Shown piece by piece: positions 1 through 9,695 of a DNA stretch of 50,709 nucleotides. The translations under genes and the position numbers were made by a program. The number at the start of each line of letters is the position of its first letter. Position 1 is the first letter of the stretch. Origin of the DNA: a phage; the sequence record NC_105617.1; one strand, written 5' to 3'. The notes under the pieces are model-generated. The model saw only the letters and a program-made list of their open reading frames with translations, made no database searches and had not been told where the DNA came from.

Positions 1-525
1 ATGAGTGAACCTAAGAACGCCCCTGTAGTTCAGGGAGGTAATTTCAAAGAGCTATACAAGAAAAAGTTTGGCACTGTTCTTGCGAAGAATCGGGCAATGA
101 CTCCTGAGCAATTATTCGATCTGTCAGTGAAGTATTTTGAATGGGCCGAAGATAATGCGATCAAGGCGTCAGAATCAGCCAGCTTCCAGGGTGGCGTTTA
201 CGAGTCACTTGTTCATAAGCCGCGCGTCTTCACTTGGACCGGATACCGACTATTCATAGGAGCAAGCGAGGCCGCAATCATTAAATGGAAACGCGAGGAA
301 GAATACAGTGAGGTTATGGAGTTCGTGGAATCTGTAATCAACGAGCAAAAATTCCAGCTTGCTGCCAACGGTGTGATTAACGCCTCCTTTATCGGTAAGG
401 ATTTGGGAATCGATAAACCAGCCTCAATCAATATCGAAAACTCGTCAGCTTCCGCATCGACAGTAGTCGCCACTACTGAGGATGCAATGAAAGAGGCAGT
501 AAACAGCATTCTTGATATGCTTTAA
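1..525 (+). CDS. Terminase small subunit (putative)
   Basis: 174-aa ORF immediately upstream of the large terminase; ATG at window position 1 is preceded by an RBS (gaagagga) at the window end if the genome is circular; no diagnostic motif seen. Confidence 0.45.
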   Translation: MSEPKNAPVVQGGNFKELYKKKFGTVLAKNRAMTPEQLFDLSVKYFEWAEDNAIKASESASFQGGVYESLVHKPRVFTWTGYRLFIGASEAAIIKWKREEEYSEVMEFVESVINEQKFQLAANGVINASFIGKDLGIDKPASINIENSSASASTVVATTEDAMKEAVNSILDML

Positions 526-563
526 CGTTAGGGGCGCGCAAGCGCCCATACAGGAGAATTGAT

Positions 564-2132
564 ATGATTCAATGGGAAGAACTCGACGCAACTCAGAAGT
601 TAGCGATCAAGAAAATGAGCGAGGCCAATTTCGAAAAAATGATTCGGATCTGGTTCCAGCTTATGCAGGCGCAGCAGTTCCAACCTAACTGGCATCACCT
701 TTACCTATGCCACGAAGTGGAGGAAATTATTGCAGGCCGACGCGGGAATACTATCTTTAACGTCACGCCCGGTTCCGGTAAGACTGAGGTGTTCTCAATC
801 CACCTTCCGGTTTACGCGATGCTCAAGTGTAAGAAGGTGCGAAACCTTAACGTGTCGTTTGCCGATAGCCTGGTTAAGCGTAACAGTAAGCGAGTGCGTG
901 AGATTATCAGCAGCAACGAGTTCCAGGAGCTATGGCCCTGTAAGTTCGGCACATCAAAAGACGAAGAGATGCAAGTCCTTAACAGCGACGGTAAGGTCTG
1001 GTTCGAACTAATCTCCGCAGCGGCTGGCGGTCGAATTACAGGTTCGCGTGGCGGCTACATGACGCCAGGATTCTCCGGGATGGTAATGCTCGACGATATA
1101 GACAAGCCTGACGATATGTTCTCAAAGGTTAAGCGTGAGCGTACTCACATGCTATTAAAGAACACCATACGATCCCGTCGTATGCACAACGAGACGCCTA
1201 TTATCGCAATCCAGCAGCGACTGCACGCGCAGGATTCAACTTGGTTTATGATGAATGGAGGTATGGGTATTGAGTTTGATCAGATCTCGATTCCGGCACT
1301 AGTAACTGAGGAATACGGAAAGACGCTTCCTGACTGGTTACAACCATACTTCGAGCGCGACGTTTTGTCGTCTGAGTATGTAGAATTGGATGGAGTTAAG
1401 CATTACTCATTCTGGCCCAGCAAGGAGAGTGTTCACGACCTATTGGCTTTGCGCGAAGCGGACCAGTACACCTTTGATTCTCAGTATCAACAGAAGCCGA
1501 TAGCGCTTGGTGGCTCCGTGTTTAACTCGGAGTGGTGGACTTATTACGGAAGCAGCCTTGACGCTGACGAGCCAGATCCGGGTAAATATGATTACCGTTT
1601 TATCACCGCTGATACCGCTCAGAAGACAGGTGAGCTAAACGACTACACAGTCTTTTGTTTATGGGGTAAGAAAAACGATAAGGTTTACTTTATCGACGGC
1701 ATTCGCGGAAAGTGGGAAGCGCCTGATATGGAGAAACAATTTACCGCCTTCGTGAATCAGGCATGGAGGCACAATAAATCAATGGGTGTGCTTCGCAAAA
1801 TCTACGTGGAAGATAAGGCGAGCGGGACGGGATTGATTCAGAACTTAAGGAAAAAGACTCCGATCTCAATCACACCATTGCAGCGTAACAAAGATAAGGT
1901 TACCCGAGCTATGGATGCTCAGCCAGTAATTAAGGCCGGGCGCGTGGTTCTTCCAGAAGAGCACCCTATGCTTGCGGAAATCATCGCAGAACATAGCGCC
2001 TTCACTTACGATGACACCCATCCGCATGATGATATCGTCGATAACTTCATGGATGCGGCGAACATCGAATTGCTGACCATTGATGATCCTATCGAGAGAA
2101 TGAAGCGACTCGCCGGGATGGTTAAGCGGTAA
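564..2132 (+). CDS. Terminase large subunit
   Basis: 522 aa; Walker A-like TPGSGKTE and Walker B-like VMLDDID; C-terminal acidic nuclease-like region; position before portal. Confidence 0.85.
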   Translation: MIQWEELDATQKLAIKKMSEANFEKMIRIWFQLMQAQQFQPNWHHLYLCHEVEEIIAGRRGNTIFNVTPGSGKTEVFSIHLPVYAMLKCKKVRNLNVSFADSLVKRNSKRVREIISSNEFQELWPCKFGTSKDEEMQVLNSDGKVWFELISAAAGGRITGSRGGYMTPGFSGMVMLDDIDKPDDMFSKVKRERTHMLLKNTIRSRRMHNETPIIAIQQRLHAQDSTWFMMNGGMGIEFDQISIPALVTEEYGKTLPDWLQPYFERDVLSSEYVELDGVKHYSFWPSKESVHDLLALREADQYTFDSQYQQKPIALGGSVFNSEWWTYYGSSLDADEPDPGKYDYRFITADTAQKTGELNDYTVFCLWGKKNDKVYFIDGIRGKWEAPDMEKQFTAFVNQAWRHNKSMGVLRKIYVEDKASGTGLIQNLRKKTPISITPLQRNKDKVTRAMDAQPVIKAGRVVLPEEHPMLAEIIAEHSAFTYDDTHPHDDIVDNFMDAANIELLTIDDPIERMKRLAGMVKR

Positions 2133-2150
2133 TAAATGAGATATAATCAA

Positions 2151-2176
2151 GGCTGTCAATTGACGGCCTTTTTTTA
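2151..2176 (+). terminator. Intrinsic terminator-like hairpin between terL and portal
   Basis: ggctgtcaa/ttgacggcc stem then T7 run. Confidence 0.45.
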
Positions 2177-2189
2177 TTGGAGGGAAAGT

Positions 2190-3473
2190 ATGAAAATTGT
2201 TAAGCATGATGGTTATAACGATATCTTTAACGGCGGCGCGGACGGCTCACCTAAACCATTTTTTATGGTTGATGCGTCATATAACGTCGGCTCATTCTAT
2301 AACGATAACGCGACAGCGAAAAGAATTGTAGACGTGATCCCTGAAGAGATGGTTACGGCTGGTTTTAAAATATCAGGAGTCAAGGATGAAAAGGAGTTCA
2401 AATCTCTGTGGGATAGTTACAAAATTGATCCTAGCTTGGTTGATGTTCTTTGCTGGGCGCGCCTATACGGTGGAGCGGCTATTGTAGCGATCATTAATGA
2501 CAACAGAATGTTAACCAGCCCTGTTAAACCTGGAGCTAAACTTGAAGGTGTGCGTGTTTATGATAGATTCGCAATTACAATCGAAAAAAGAGTAACTAAT
2601 GCTCGATCGCCTCGCTATGGTGAACCTGAGATCTATAAGGTGTCTCCTGGTGACAATATTCAACCTTACTTAATCCACCACACAAGAATTTTTATTGCTG
2701 ATGGTGAGCGAGTAACACCTCAGATTCGAAAGCAGAATCAAGGGTGGGGTGCTTCAGTTTTGAATAAGTCACTGATTGATGCGATCTGCGATTACGACTA
2801 CTGCGAATCTCTAGCGACTCAGATCCTGAGGCGTAAGCAGCAGGCGGTATGGAAAGTCAAAGGTCTTGCTGAAATGTGTGATGATGATGATGCTCAGTAT
2901 GCAGCGCGCTTGAGACTGGCTCAGGTTGACGATAATTCAGGTGTTGGCCGTGCGATCGGTATCGATGCCGAGACGGAAGAATACGACGTTTTAAACTCTG
3001 ATATCAGCGGAGTTCCTGAGTTCCTATCAAGCAAGATGGACCGCATTGTCTCGCTTTCTGGTATCCATGAGATTATCATCAAGAATAAGAACGTAGGCGG
3101 CGTATCAGCGAGCCAAAACACAGCGCTTGAGACTTTCTATAAGCTAGTCGATCGCAAGCGAGAGGAAGATTACAGGCCGCTTCTTGAGTTCTTGTTGCCG
3201 TTCATTGTTGACGAAGAAGAGTGGTCCATCGAGTTTGAGCCGCTGTCGGTCCCGAGCAAGAAAGAAGAATCCGAGATCACGAAGAACAACATTGAGTCGG
3301 TAACGAAAGCTATCACCGAGCAAATCATCGATCTGGAAGAAGCTCGCGACACGTTACGATCCATTGCGCCTGAGTTCAAACTCAAGGATGGTAATAACAT
3401 CAACATTCGCGAACCGGAAGAAACAACAGAGCCGGAACCGGGATTAGGGGAGAAGTTAGAAGATGAAAATTAA
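2190..3473 (+). CDS. Portal protein
   Basis: 427 aa directly after terL; start placed at ATG 2190 behind RBS GGAGGG (track ORF from 2136 has no RBS); acidic C-terminus. Confidence 0.7.
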   Translation: MKIVKHDGYNDIFNGGADGSPKPFFMVDASYNVGSFYNDNATAKRIVDVIPEEMVTAGFKISGVKDEKEFKSLWDSYKIDPSLVDVLCWARLYGGAAIVAIINDNRMLTSPVKPGAKLEGVRVYDRFAITIEKRVTNARSPRYGEPEIYKVSPGDNIQPYLIHHTRIFIADGERVTPQIRKQNQGWGASVLNKSLIDAICDYDYCESLATQILRRKQQAVWKVKGLAEMCDDDDAQYAARLRLAQVDDNSGVGRAIGIDAETEEYDVLNSDISGVPEFLSSKMDRIVSLSGIHEIIIKNKNVGGVSASQNTALETFYKLVDRKREEDYRPLLEFLLPFIVDEEEWSIEFEPLSVPSKKEESEITKNNIESVTKAITEQIIDLEEARDTLRSIAPEFKLKDGNNINIREPEETTEPEPGLGEKLEDEN

Positions 3474-4224
3474 TGGCGTTGCAACACAGTGGCGCTATCC
3501 TGAAATGAGCGAGCGCGCAATGTCGCGCTCCTTACAGGATGTTGCAGCCAGACTAACAGAAAGAATGCGTGACGAATTAAAGCCGATGAAATTTGACGCT
3601 ACCGACGAAGAGATAGACCAAGCGGAAAGGTCATTGCTTGATTACGTCGAATCTCTAATCGCGCCGATTATCGGATCTCTATCATCCGTCGCGCTAACTA
3701 TCTATAAATTCAACTCTAAGCAGTGGTTGCGAATAGCTCGAAATGCTGGAGGTAAGAAGAATCAAGCCGTAATGCTACTTGCCCTGATTGGTCCTACCGC
3801 TGCCGAAAACTGGTACTCAGGACAATATAATCTGTGGAGATCGCAGGTGACTACTTCTATCAGGAAATTTGCCGCCAACATGGTTACTGATTTCACTGAT
3901 AAACTTCGTGCGGCATCCGGTCAGGGTAAAAGCAAGGATTTTGTTGTTGAACTTGCTAAGGAGAGATTTGGTATTTACCGGAATTGGGCCAAAAACAGAG
4001 CGTCGGGGATTGTCGGAACATGGAACAGTAGACTGATGCGGCAGCGCATAAAAGACGCTGGAGTCTCTTACTATTTCTGGCGAGGGGTGATGGATTTACG
4101 TGAACGTGAAAAGCATGTAAGATGGGAAGGTAAGCGTATAGCGGTAGATTCCGATCACGTATTCCCGGGTGAAGAATACAATTGCCGCTGTTGGGCTGTT
4201 CCAGACTTTTCTACAGGAGATTAA
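3463..4224 (+). CDS. Minor head / head morphogenesis protein (putative)
   Basis: 253 aa, overlaps portal stop; conserved position after portal in siphovirus head modules. Confidence 0.45.
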   Translation: MKINGVATQWRYPEMSERAMSRSLQDVAARLTERMRDELKPMKFDATDEEIDQAERSLLDYVESLIAPIIGSLSSVALTIYKFNSKQWLRIARNAGGKKNQAVMLLALIGPTAAENWYSGQYNLWRSQVTTSIRKFAANMVTDFTDKLRAASGQGKSKDFVVELAKERFGIYRNWAKNRASGIVGTWNSRLMRQRIKDAGVSYYFWRGVMDLREREKHVRWEGKRIAVDSDHVFPGEEYNCRCWAVPDFSTGD

Positions 4225-4226
4225 AA

Positions 4227-5339
4227 ATGAAGGCAAAACAAAGATTCGATTCCGTAAAAATCAAGGCGCACTTTGATGATAATGGTTTTTTGGTTGACCG
4301 TCCCATCGTGGCGAGAATCGGCGCTCAGGTTTACAATACTCCCCACGGCGATCGCGTCGAGTTCCGTCCGGCGTCCGAAGTTTTCAAGCAAGATTCCTTG
4401 CAAAGTTTTGCAGGCAAGCCGATCACAGTCGGTCACGTAACTGTGACTCCGCAAAATGCTAAGGACGTTGTTGTAGGATCGTGCGCTGGCGCTGGTATTG
4501 CTTCAGGCGTTGGAGTTGAAGTCCCTTTGAGCATTTACAGCGACTACGCGATCAGCAAGGCTAAAGCAAAAGAAGCTGGTGAATTATCTGTTGGCTACAC
4601 GTCAGTAGATATTGATAAGCCGGGATGGGGTTCAAATGAGACTGGAGAATATATCTTCGAAGAGGATATGAAACAGGACGAAGCGCCGCCTGAAGGTTGG
4701 GTTAAATTCGATGCTGTTCAAACAAACATCAAGGTAAACCACATTGCACTTGTTTTCAAGGGTCGCGCTGGAATTGCTAAATTAAACCTTGATGCCGAGC
4801 AGGAGTTCCCGTATGATAATAACGTTCAATTAACTAACGAGGACAAGCAAATGAAAAAAATTAAGATCGACTCAGTTGATGTGGAAGTGACCGAAGATGT
4901 TGCGAACCATATCGAAAAATTAACCGCGCAGATTGCCGCCATTCAGGGGAAAGCTGATGGCTTCGAAGCTGAGCGCGATGCGCTGAAGGTTAAGGTTGAC
5001 TCCCTGCCGGAACTGGTGAAGGCCGAAGTAGAGAAGCAAAAAGCTGACGCCGCAGCGCGTGCTGAAGTCACCGCAGTAGCGGAAACCGCAGGCGTTAAGC
5101 ATGATGGTCTTGATATCAAAGACGTTAAGGTAGCTGTTGTCAAAGCCATGCTTGATAAAGATGTTAGCGAAAAATCAGACGCATATATCGACGCTATGTT
5201 TGATGTTGCTAAGGATTCTGATATTATGGCTATTCAGCGTAAGGCGGTAAAAGGCGATTCTATCGAAGGCGGTAAGCCGGAAGAGAAAAACGACGCCGCA
5301 CCTGTTACGCCAAATTCACGTTTAAGCAAAGTAATGTAA
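4227..5339 (+). CDS. Prohead protease/scaffold-like protein (putative)
   Basis: Start at ATG 4227 with RBS GGAG; globular N-terminal half plus C-terminal coiled-coil rich in E/K/A; located between portal and capsid genes. Confidence 0.4.
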   Translation: MKAKQRFDSVKIKAHFDDNGFLVDRPIVARIGAQVYNTPHGDRVEFRPASEVFKQDSLQSFAGKPITVGHVTVTPQNAKDVVVGSCAGAGIASGVGVEVPLSIYSDYAISKAKAKEAGELSVGYTSVDIDKPGWGSNETGEYIFEEDMKQDEAPPEGWVKFDAVQTNIKVNHIALVFKGRAGIAKLNLDAEQEFPYDNNVQLTNEDKQMKKIKIDSVDVEVTEDVANHIEKLTAQIAAIQGKADGFEAERDALKVKVDSLPELVKAEVEKQKADAAARAEVTAVAETAGVKHDGLDIKDVKVAVVKAMLDKDVSEKSDAYIDAMFDVAKDSDIMAIQRKAVKGDSIEGGKPEEKNDAAPVTPNSRLSKVM

Positions 5340-5350
5340 GGGGAAATATC

Positions 5351-5827
5351 ATGGCACAGATTAATGCATCTTATCAGCGAGACATGGCTATTGCGCTTCC
5401 GGGTATGGTTGCGGATACTTCGAAGTATAATATTGATGGCGCTTGCGTCGTTAACGAAGGTGATGTTTTTGTTGGCGCTGCCGTACAGGTTGTTCAAGCC
5501 CAAGCCGTTGACGGCCATAAATTGGTTAAGGCTATGGAATCGTCTAAAGTGCCGTATGGCGTAGCTATTCGATCTCACTGGCAGACTGTGAACAAAGATA
5601 ATCAGATGATTTACGAAGATGGCGGTGCTATCAACGTCATGACCTCCGGGCGAGTCTGGATGCTTTCCAAATCAGAAGAAGCACCAACTTTCGGGACCGC
5701 TGTAAAACTTGACGTTGACGGTCAAGAGAAATCTGATGGTACGATCGAAACAACTTGGACCTACGCTGGCGGCTGGACCAAATATAAAGACATTCAGCTT
5801 GTTGAAGTTCAGTTGCATCAACTGTAA
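5351..5827 (+). CDS. Capsid-associated protein, paralog 1
   Basis: 158 aa; shares motifs YNIDG-CV, PYG-A-RS, GRVW, W-T-AGG with the next gene; followed by an intrinsic terminator. Confidence 0.35.
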   Translation: MAQINASYQRDMAIALPGMVADTSKYNIDGACVVNEGDVFVGAAVQVVQAQAVDGHKLVKAMESSKVPYGVAIRSHWQTVNKDNQMIYEDGGAINVMTSGRVWMLSKSEEAPTFGTAVKLDVDGQEKSDGTIETTWTYAGGWTKYKDIQLVEVQLHQL

Positions 5828-5842
5828 TTAGTGTTTAATATG

Positions 5843-5873
5843 GGGACTATCCTTTTGGGTAGTCCTTTTTTTA
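5843..5873 (+). terminator. Intrinsic terminator
   Basis: ggactatcc-tttt-gggtagtcc hairpin followed by T-run. Confidence 0.6.
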
Positions 5874-5886
5874 TGGAGAAAATACT

Positions 5887-6654
5887 ATGCCTTACGAAAA
5901 TTTAATGTTACGCCCGGCGTGCCCTGGTAATCTTTCGGATACTTCAACCTACAATATTGATGGATCTTGTGTTGCTCAAGGCGATATTGAGTTCGGCTCC
6001 GCTGTTAAAGTTATCGGTATTGTTGACGGCGTTAAGGTTGTTTCCACGCTTACTGATGGTGAAACACCTTACGGAATCGCTTTCCGTTCCCAATATGAAC
6101 ACCTGAGCGGTAAAATCCTCGACGGTGAAGTTTGCAACGTCGTTTCTCATGGTCGCGTGTGGACGCTAACTTCTCTTGATGAAGCTCCGGCCTTGTTCTC
6201 AAAGTTACAATTTGGATCTGGTGGTGTTGTTACTGGTAGCTCTGGTTCCGTAGGTTGGACTTTTGCTGGTGGATTTGTTAAGCACGAGGACGGGTACATT
6301 ATTGAGGTTCAGGTTAAGCAAAATGCCTTTATTGTTCCACCTCCACCCCCTCCCGTGGTTCTTGTTGAGTCTGCGACGATTACAACTAACAAGGAGAGTC
6401 CTCAGCCAAACAATGCACCTGTGCAATTTAACGTTGCTGTAAAACCTGACAATGCCACCGATAAAACTGGCGTGTGGTCTGTTGATGCTGAAAATATTGC
6501 GACAATAGATCCAAAATCTGGCGTTCTTACTCCAATTGGTGGAGATGCGGCAGGTAGCGTAATCGTAAATTGGACGGCTAACGATGCCAGCAAAACTAAA
6601 GAATCGATCACTTATGTTTTTGATGCTGCGCCAGCCGAAGAAGAAGAGTCATAA
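5887..6654 (+). CDS. Capsid decoration-like protein with C-terminal Ig-like domain, paralog 2
   Basis: 255 aa; N-terminal domain paralogous to 5351-5827, poly-proline linker (PPPPPPP), C-terminal Ig-like segment. Confidence 0.4.
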   Translation: MPYENLMLRPACPGNLSDTSTYNIDGSCVAQGDIEFGSAVKVIGIVDGVKVVSTLTDGETPYGIAFRSQYEHLSGKILDGEVCNVVSHGRVWTLTSLDEAPALFSKLQFGSGGVVTGSSGSVGWTFAGGFVKHEDGYIIEVQVKQNAFIVPPPPPPVVLVESATITTNKESPQPNNAPVQFNVAVKPDNATDKTGVWSVDAENIATIDPKSGVLTPIGGDAAGSVIVNWTANDASKTKESITYVFDAAPAEEEES

Positions 6655-6674
6655 CACAAAAATACTTTGACGCT

Positions 6675-6696
6675 TTAACAAAAAGTGCTATTATTG
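6675..6696 (+). promoter_or_regulatory. Reverse-oriented TAGCAC box forming extended -10 (TGcTATTAT) upstream of major capsid gene
   Basis: ttaacaaaaagtgctattattg; box is the reverse complement of the early-cassette box. Confidence 0.4.
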
Positions 6697-6697
6697 A

Positions 6698-6727
6698 AGC
6701 CGTGAACATAATCACGGCTTTTTTTAT
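6698..6727 (+). terminator. Intrinsic terminator
   Basis: agccgtga...cacggct hairpin plus T-run, upstream of capsid gene RBS. Confidence 0.55.
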
Positions 6728-6746
6728 TAACTAAGGAGAAGTAATC

Positions 6747-7706
6747 ATGACTACTAAAAAATTTGATGAAGCAGATAAGAGCAATGTTGAAATGTATCTG
6801 ATCCAGGCTGGCGTAAAACAGGATGCAGCCGCAACGATGGGTATCTGGACCGCTCAGGAACTACACCGCATCAAAAGCCAGTCCTATGAAGAAGACTACC
6901 CGGTAGGCTCCGCACTTCGAGTATTCCCGGTTACTACCGATCTATCTCCGACCGACAAGACGTTTGAGTATATGACCTTTGATAAGGTTGGTACTGCGCA
7001 GATTATCGCTGACTATACAGATGACCTGCCTCTGGTTGATGCGCTTGGTACTTCTGAGTTCGGTAAGGTGTTCCGCTTGGGTAACGCGTACCTGATTTCA
7101 ATCGACGAAATCAAAGCAGGTCAGGCAACTGGTCGACCGCTGTCAACCCGCAAGGCAAGCGCGTGTCAGTTAGCGCATGACCAACTGGTTAACCGTCTGG
7201 TGTTCAAAGGTTCCGCGCCGCACAAGATCGTGTCCGTGTTCAACCATCCGAACATCACCAAAATTACCTCCGGTAAGTGGATGAATGTCTCAACTCCGAA
7301 GCCGGAAACGGCTGAAGCGGAATTGACTCAGGCGATTGAAACCATCGAGACGATTACTCGCGGTCAGCATCGTGCAACCAACATTCTGATCCCGCCGTCC
7401 ATGCGTAAGGTTCTGGCGATCCGTATGCCTGAAACTACCATGTCTTACCTGGACTATTTCAAGTCTCAGAATGCTGGTATCGAAATCGACTCTATCGCAG
7501 AGCTTGAAGATATCGACGGTGCGGGTACTAAAGGCGTACTGGTGTACGAAAAAAATCCGATGAATATGTCCATCGAGATCCCGGAAGCATTTAACATGCT
7601 GCCAGCGCAGCCGAAAGACCTTCACTTTAAAGTGCCTTGCACCTCCAAGTGTACTGGCCTTACAATTTATCGTCCGATGACTATTGTCTTAATCACTGGC
7701 GTGTAA
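6747..7706 (+). CDS. Major capsid protein
   Basis: 319 aa ORF bracketed by intrinsic terminators, strong RBS AAGGAG; position and size typical of a siphovirus coat protein. Confidence 0.65.
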   Translation: MTTKKFDEADKSNVEMYLIQAGVKQDAAATMGIWTAQELHRIKSQSYEEDYPVGSALRVFPVTTDLSPTDKTFEYMTFDKVGTAQIIADYTDDLPLVDALGTSEFGKVFRLGNAYLISIDEIKAGQATGRPLSTRKASACQLAHDQLVNRLVFKGSAPHKIVSVFNHPNITKITSGKWMNVSTPKPETAEAELTQAIETIETITRGQHRATNILIPPSMRKVLAIRMPETTMSYLDYFKSQNAGIEIDSIAELEDIDGAGTKGVLVYEKNPMNMSIEIPEAFNMLPAQPKDLHFKVPCTSKCTGLTIYRPMTIVLITGV

Positions 7707-7713
7707 TATTATA

Positions 7714-7741
7714 GGGACTAACTTAGTTGGTCCCTTTTTTA
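7714..7741 (+). terminator. Intrinsic terminator after major capsid gene
   Basis: gggactaac...gttggtccc hairpin plus T6. Confidence 0.6.
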
Positions 7742-7755
7742 TTGGAGAAATCAAA

Positions 7756-8046
7756 ATGGCTAAAGAAAAAACTGTTGTTATCGTAAACGTTGGTGTAGCG
7801 CTTCAGATGTTCCGTCTTGAAGATGGCTCATTCGCAAAGGTTCTCCCGGATGAAGAGGTGACACTCCCAGCATCCGCACTTGAATTGCCCGGGCTGCGTT
7901 GCTTGATTGCTCGCGAAGAAATCGAAGTAAAAGACGACAGTGCCACCAACCGGGAAATCCGCGCAGAGATGGCTAAACTTAAAAAACCTGATCCGTGGGA
8001 TAAGATGAGCGTAAAAGAGCTTGAAGACGGCGGCGAATACTATTAA
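7756..8046 (+). CDS. Hypothetical structural protein
   Basis: 96-aa ORF with RBS, flanked by terminators on both sides. Confidence 0.35.
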   Translation: MAKEKTVVIVNVGVALQMFRLEDGSFAKVLPDEEVTLPASALELPGLRCLIAREEIEVKDDSATNREIRAEMAKLKKPDPWDKMSVKELEDGGEYY

Positions 8047-8052
8047 TCAACA

Positions 8053-8076
8053 AGGCGCTTAATGCGCCTTTTTTTA
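8053..8076 (+). terminator. Intrinsic terminator
   Basis: aaggcgc-ttaat-gcgcctt hairpin plus T7. Confidence 0.6.
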
Positions 8077-8088
8077 TAGGTGGAAATT

Positions 8089-8502
8089 ATGGATCAAGAA
8101 ACATTAAACAAAGTGGTCGAGCAAATGAGAAAGCTGGTTCCGGCACTTCGCAAGGTTCCAGACGAAACGCTTTATGCATGGGTAGAAATGGCTGAGCTAT
8201 TTGTATGCCAGAAGACCTTTAAAGATGCATACGTCAAGGCGCTTGCTCTTTATGCATTGCACCTTGCTTTCCTTGATGGGGCGCTAAAAGGTGAAGATGA
8301 GGATCTTGAATCGTACTCACGACGCGTTACGTCATTCTCCCTGAGCGGTGAATTTAGCCAGACTTTTGGAGAGGTGACGAAGAACCAGTCAGAGAACATG
8401 ATGCTTTCGACGCCGTGGGGTAAGATGTTCGAACAGCTTAAAGCGCGACGCCGTGGTCGATTCGCATTAATGACAGGACTCCGTGGAGGATGCCACCAAT
8501 GA
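8089..8502 (+). CDS. Head-tail connector/adaptor (putative)
   Basis: ATG 8089 behind RBS AGGTGGA; position between capsid and tail genes. Confidence 0.35.
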   Translation: MDQETLNKVVEQMRKLVPALRKVPDETLYAWVEMAELFVCQKTFKDAYVKALALYALHLAFLDGALKGEDEDLESYSRRVTSFSLSGEFSQTFGEVTKNQSENMMLSTPWGKMFEQLKARRRGRFALMTGLRGGCHQ

Positions 8503-8870
8503 ACTACTCACAGATCGAAAGGATGGCTCGCAAAGGCGTGGCTTTCTTCACCGATGCATCAAGACCTATGAACCTGATAAAGCAAGGTGAATACGGATAT
8601 GATGAAAACGGATTCGAGATCCCACCGATGGAACAGGTTATTCCAATATCCGGCGCGACGCGAAGACCGAACGCGCGTGAGATTGACGGGGAGACTATCC
8701 GCGCCTCAGACCTTTTGGGGATCTTCAATAACGACCATGAAATAAACGAAGGTGACTATATAGAGATTGACGGCGTTCGTCATGTTGTCGTTGATGCTCG
8801 CCCGGTTCAGGCGTCACTGAAACCAGTCGCCTATCGCCCAGTATTGCGGAGGGTATCAGTAGGTGGCTAA
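8499..8870 (+). CDS. Head completion protein (putative)
   Basis: ATGA start/stop overlap with upstream gene; RBS GGAGGA 8 nt upstream. Confidence 0.35.
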   Translation: MNYSQIERMARKGVAFFTDASRPMNLIKQGEYGYDENGFEIPPMEQVIPISGATRRPNAREIDGETIRASDLLGIFNNDHEINEGDYIEIDGVRHVVVDARPVQASLKPVAYRPVLRRVSVGG

Positions 8871-9306
8871 TTATCAGATTCGTAGATTTCAAGGTGAGAT
8901 TGATGCGTGGATTAAGGCCGCTGAAAGCACGTTAGAACATTCCATTGAGATATTTGTAAGGGATGTTCACGACGCGCTCGTTAGCCGTTCTCCCGTCGAC
9001 ACGGGGCGCTTTAAGGGTAACTGGCAGATAACTTTTAACGAAACCCCTAACTACGCATTAAATCGATACGATAAAACTGGCGGCGTCGTCCGTAGTGAGG
9101 AGCAAGCCAAAACTTATGGCATGTTCAGCCGTGGGGGCGCGATAACATCCGTTCACTTCTCAAACATGTTGATTTATGCAAACTCTCTTGAGTACGGTCA
9201 TTCACAACAAGCGCCAAACGGCGTCGTCGGGCTGGTTGCATTGAGATTGCGATCGTATATGGCAGACGCAATAAAGCAAGCAAGGAGACAACAAAATGCA
9301 CTATGA
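8863..9306 (+). CDS. Head-tail joining / neck protein (putative)
   Basis: 147 aa, GTG start overlapping upstream stop; position in neck module. Confidence 0.35.
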   Translation: MANYQIRRFQGEIDAWIKAAESTLEHSIEIFVRDVHDALVSRSPVDTGRFKGNWQITFNETPNYALNRYDKTGGVVRSEEQAKTYGMFSRGGAITSVHFSNMLIYANSLEYGHSQQAPNGVVGLVALRLRSYMADAIKQARRQQNAL

Positions 9307-9694
9307 GTTATCAGCGGCGGCGCGAGCCGCCTTTCTGTCGAAGTATAGAGACTTTCCTCACTACATGGAAAACAGGAACTTTACACCACCGAAGGATGGC
9401 GGCATGTGGCTAAGGTTCAACTACATTGAAGGGGATACGCTTTATCTATCAATTGACAGAAAGTGTAAATCTTACATTGCAATAGTTCAGATCGGAGTTG
9501 TGTTCCCTCCTGGTTCCGGCGTTGATGAGGCAAGATTGAAAGCAAAAGAGATTGCTGATTTTTTCAAAGATGGTAAAATGCTTAACGTTGGTTATATTTT
9601 CGAAGGTGCAATCGTGCATCAAATTGTTAAACACGAAAGCGGATGGATGATTCCGGTTCGCTTTACAGTACGAGTAGATACAAAGGAGACTTAA
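9296..9694 (+). CDS. Tail terminator/completion protein (putative)
   Basis: 132 aa; precedes putative major tail protein. Confidence 0.35.
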   Translation: MHYELSAAARAAFLSKYRDFPHYMENRNFTPPKDGGMWLRFNYIEGDTLYLSIDRKCKSYIAIVQIGVVFPPGSGVDEARLKAKEIADFFKDGKMLNVGYIFEGAIVHQIVKHESGWMIPVRFTVRVDTKET

Positions 9695-9695
9695 T

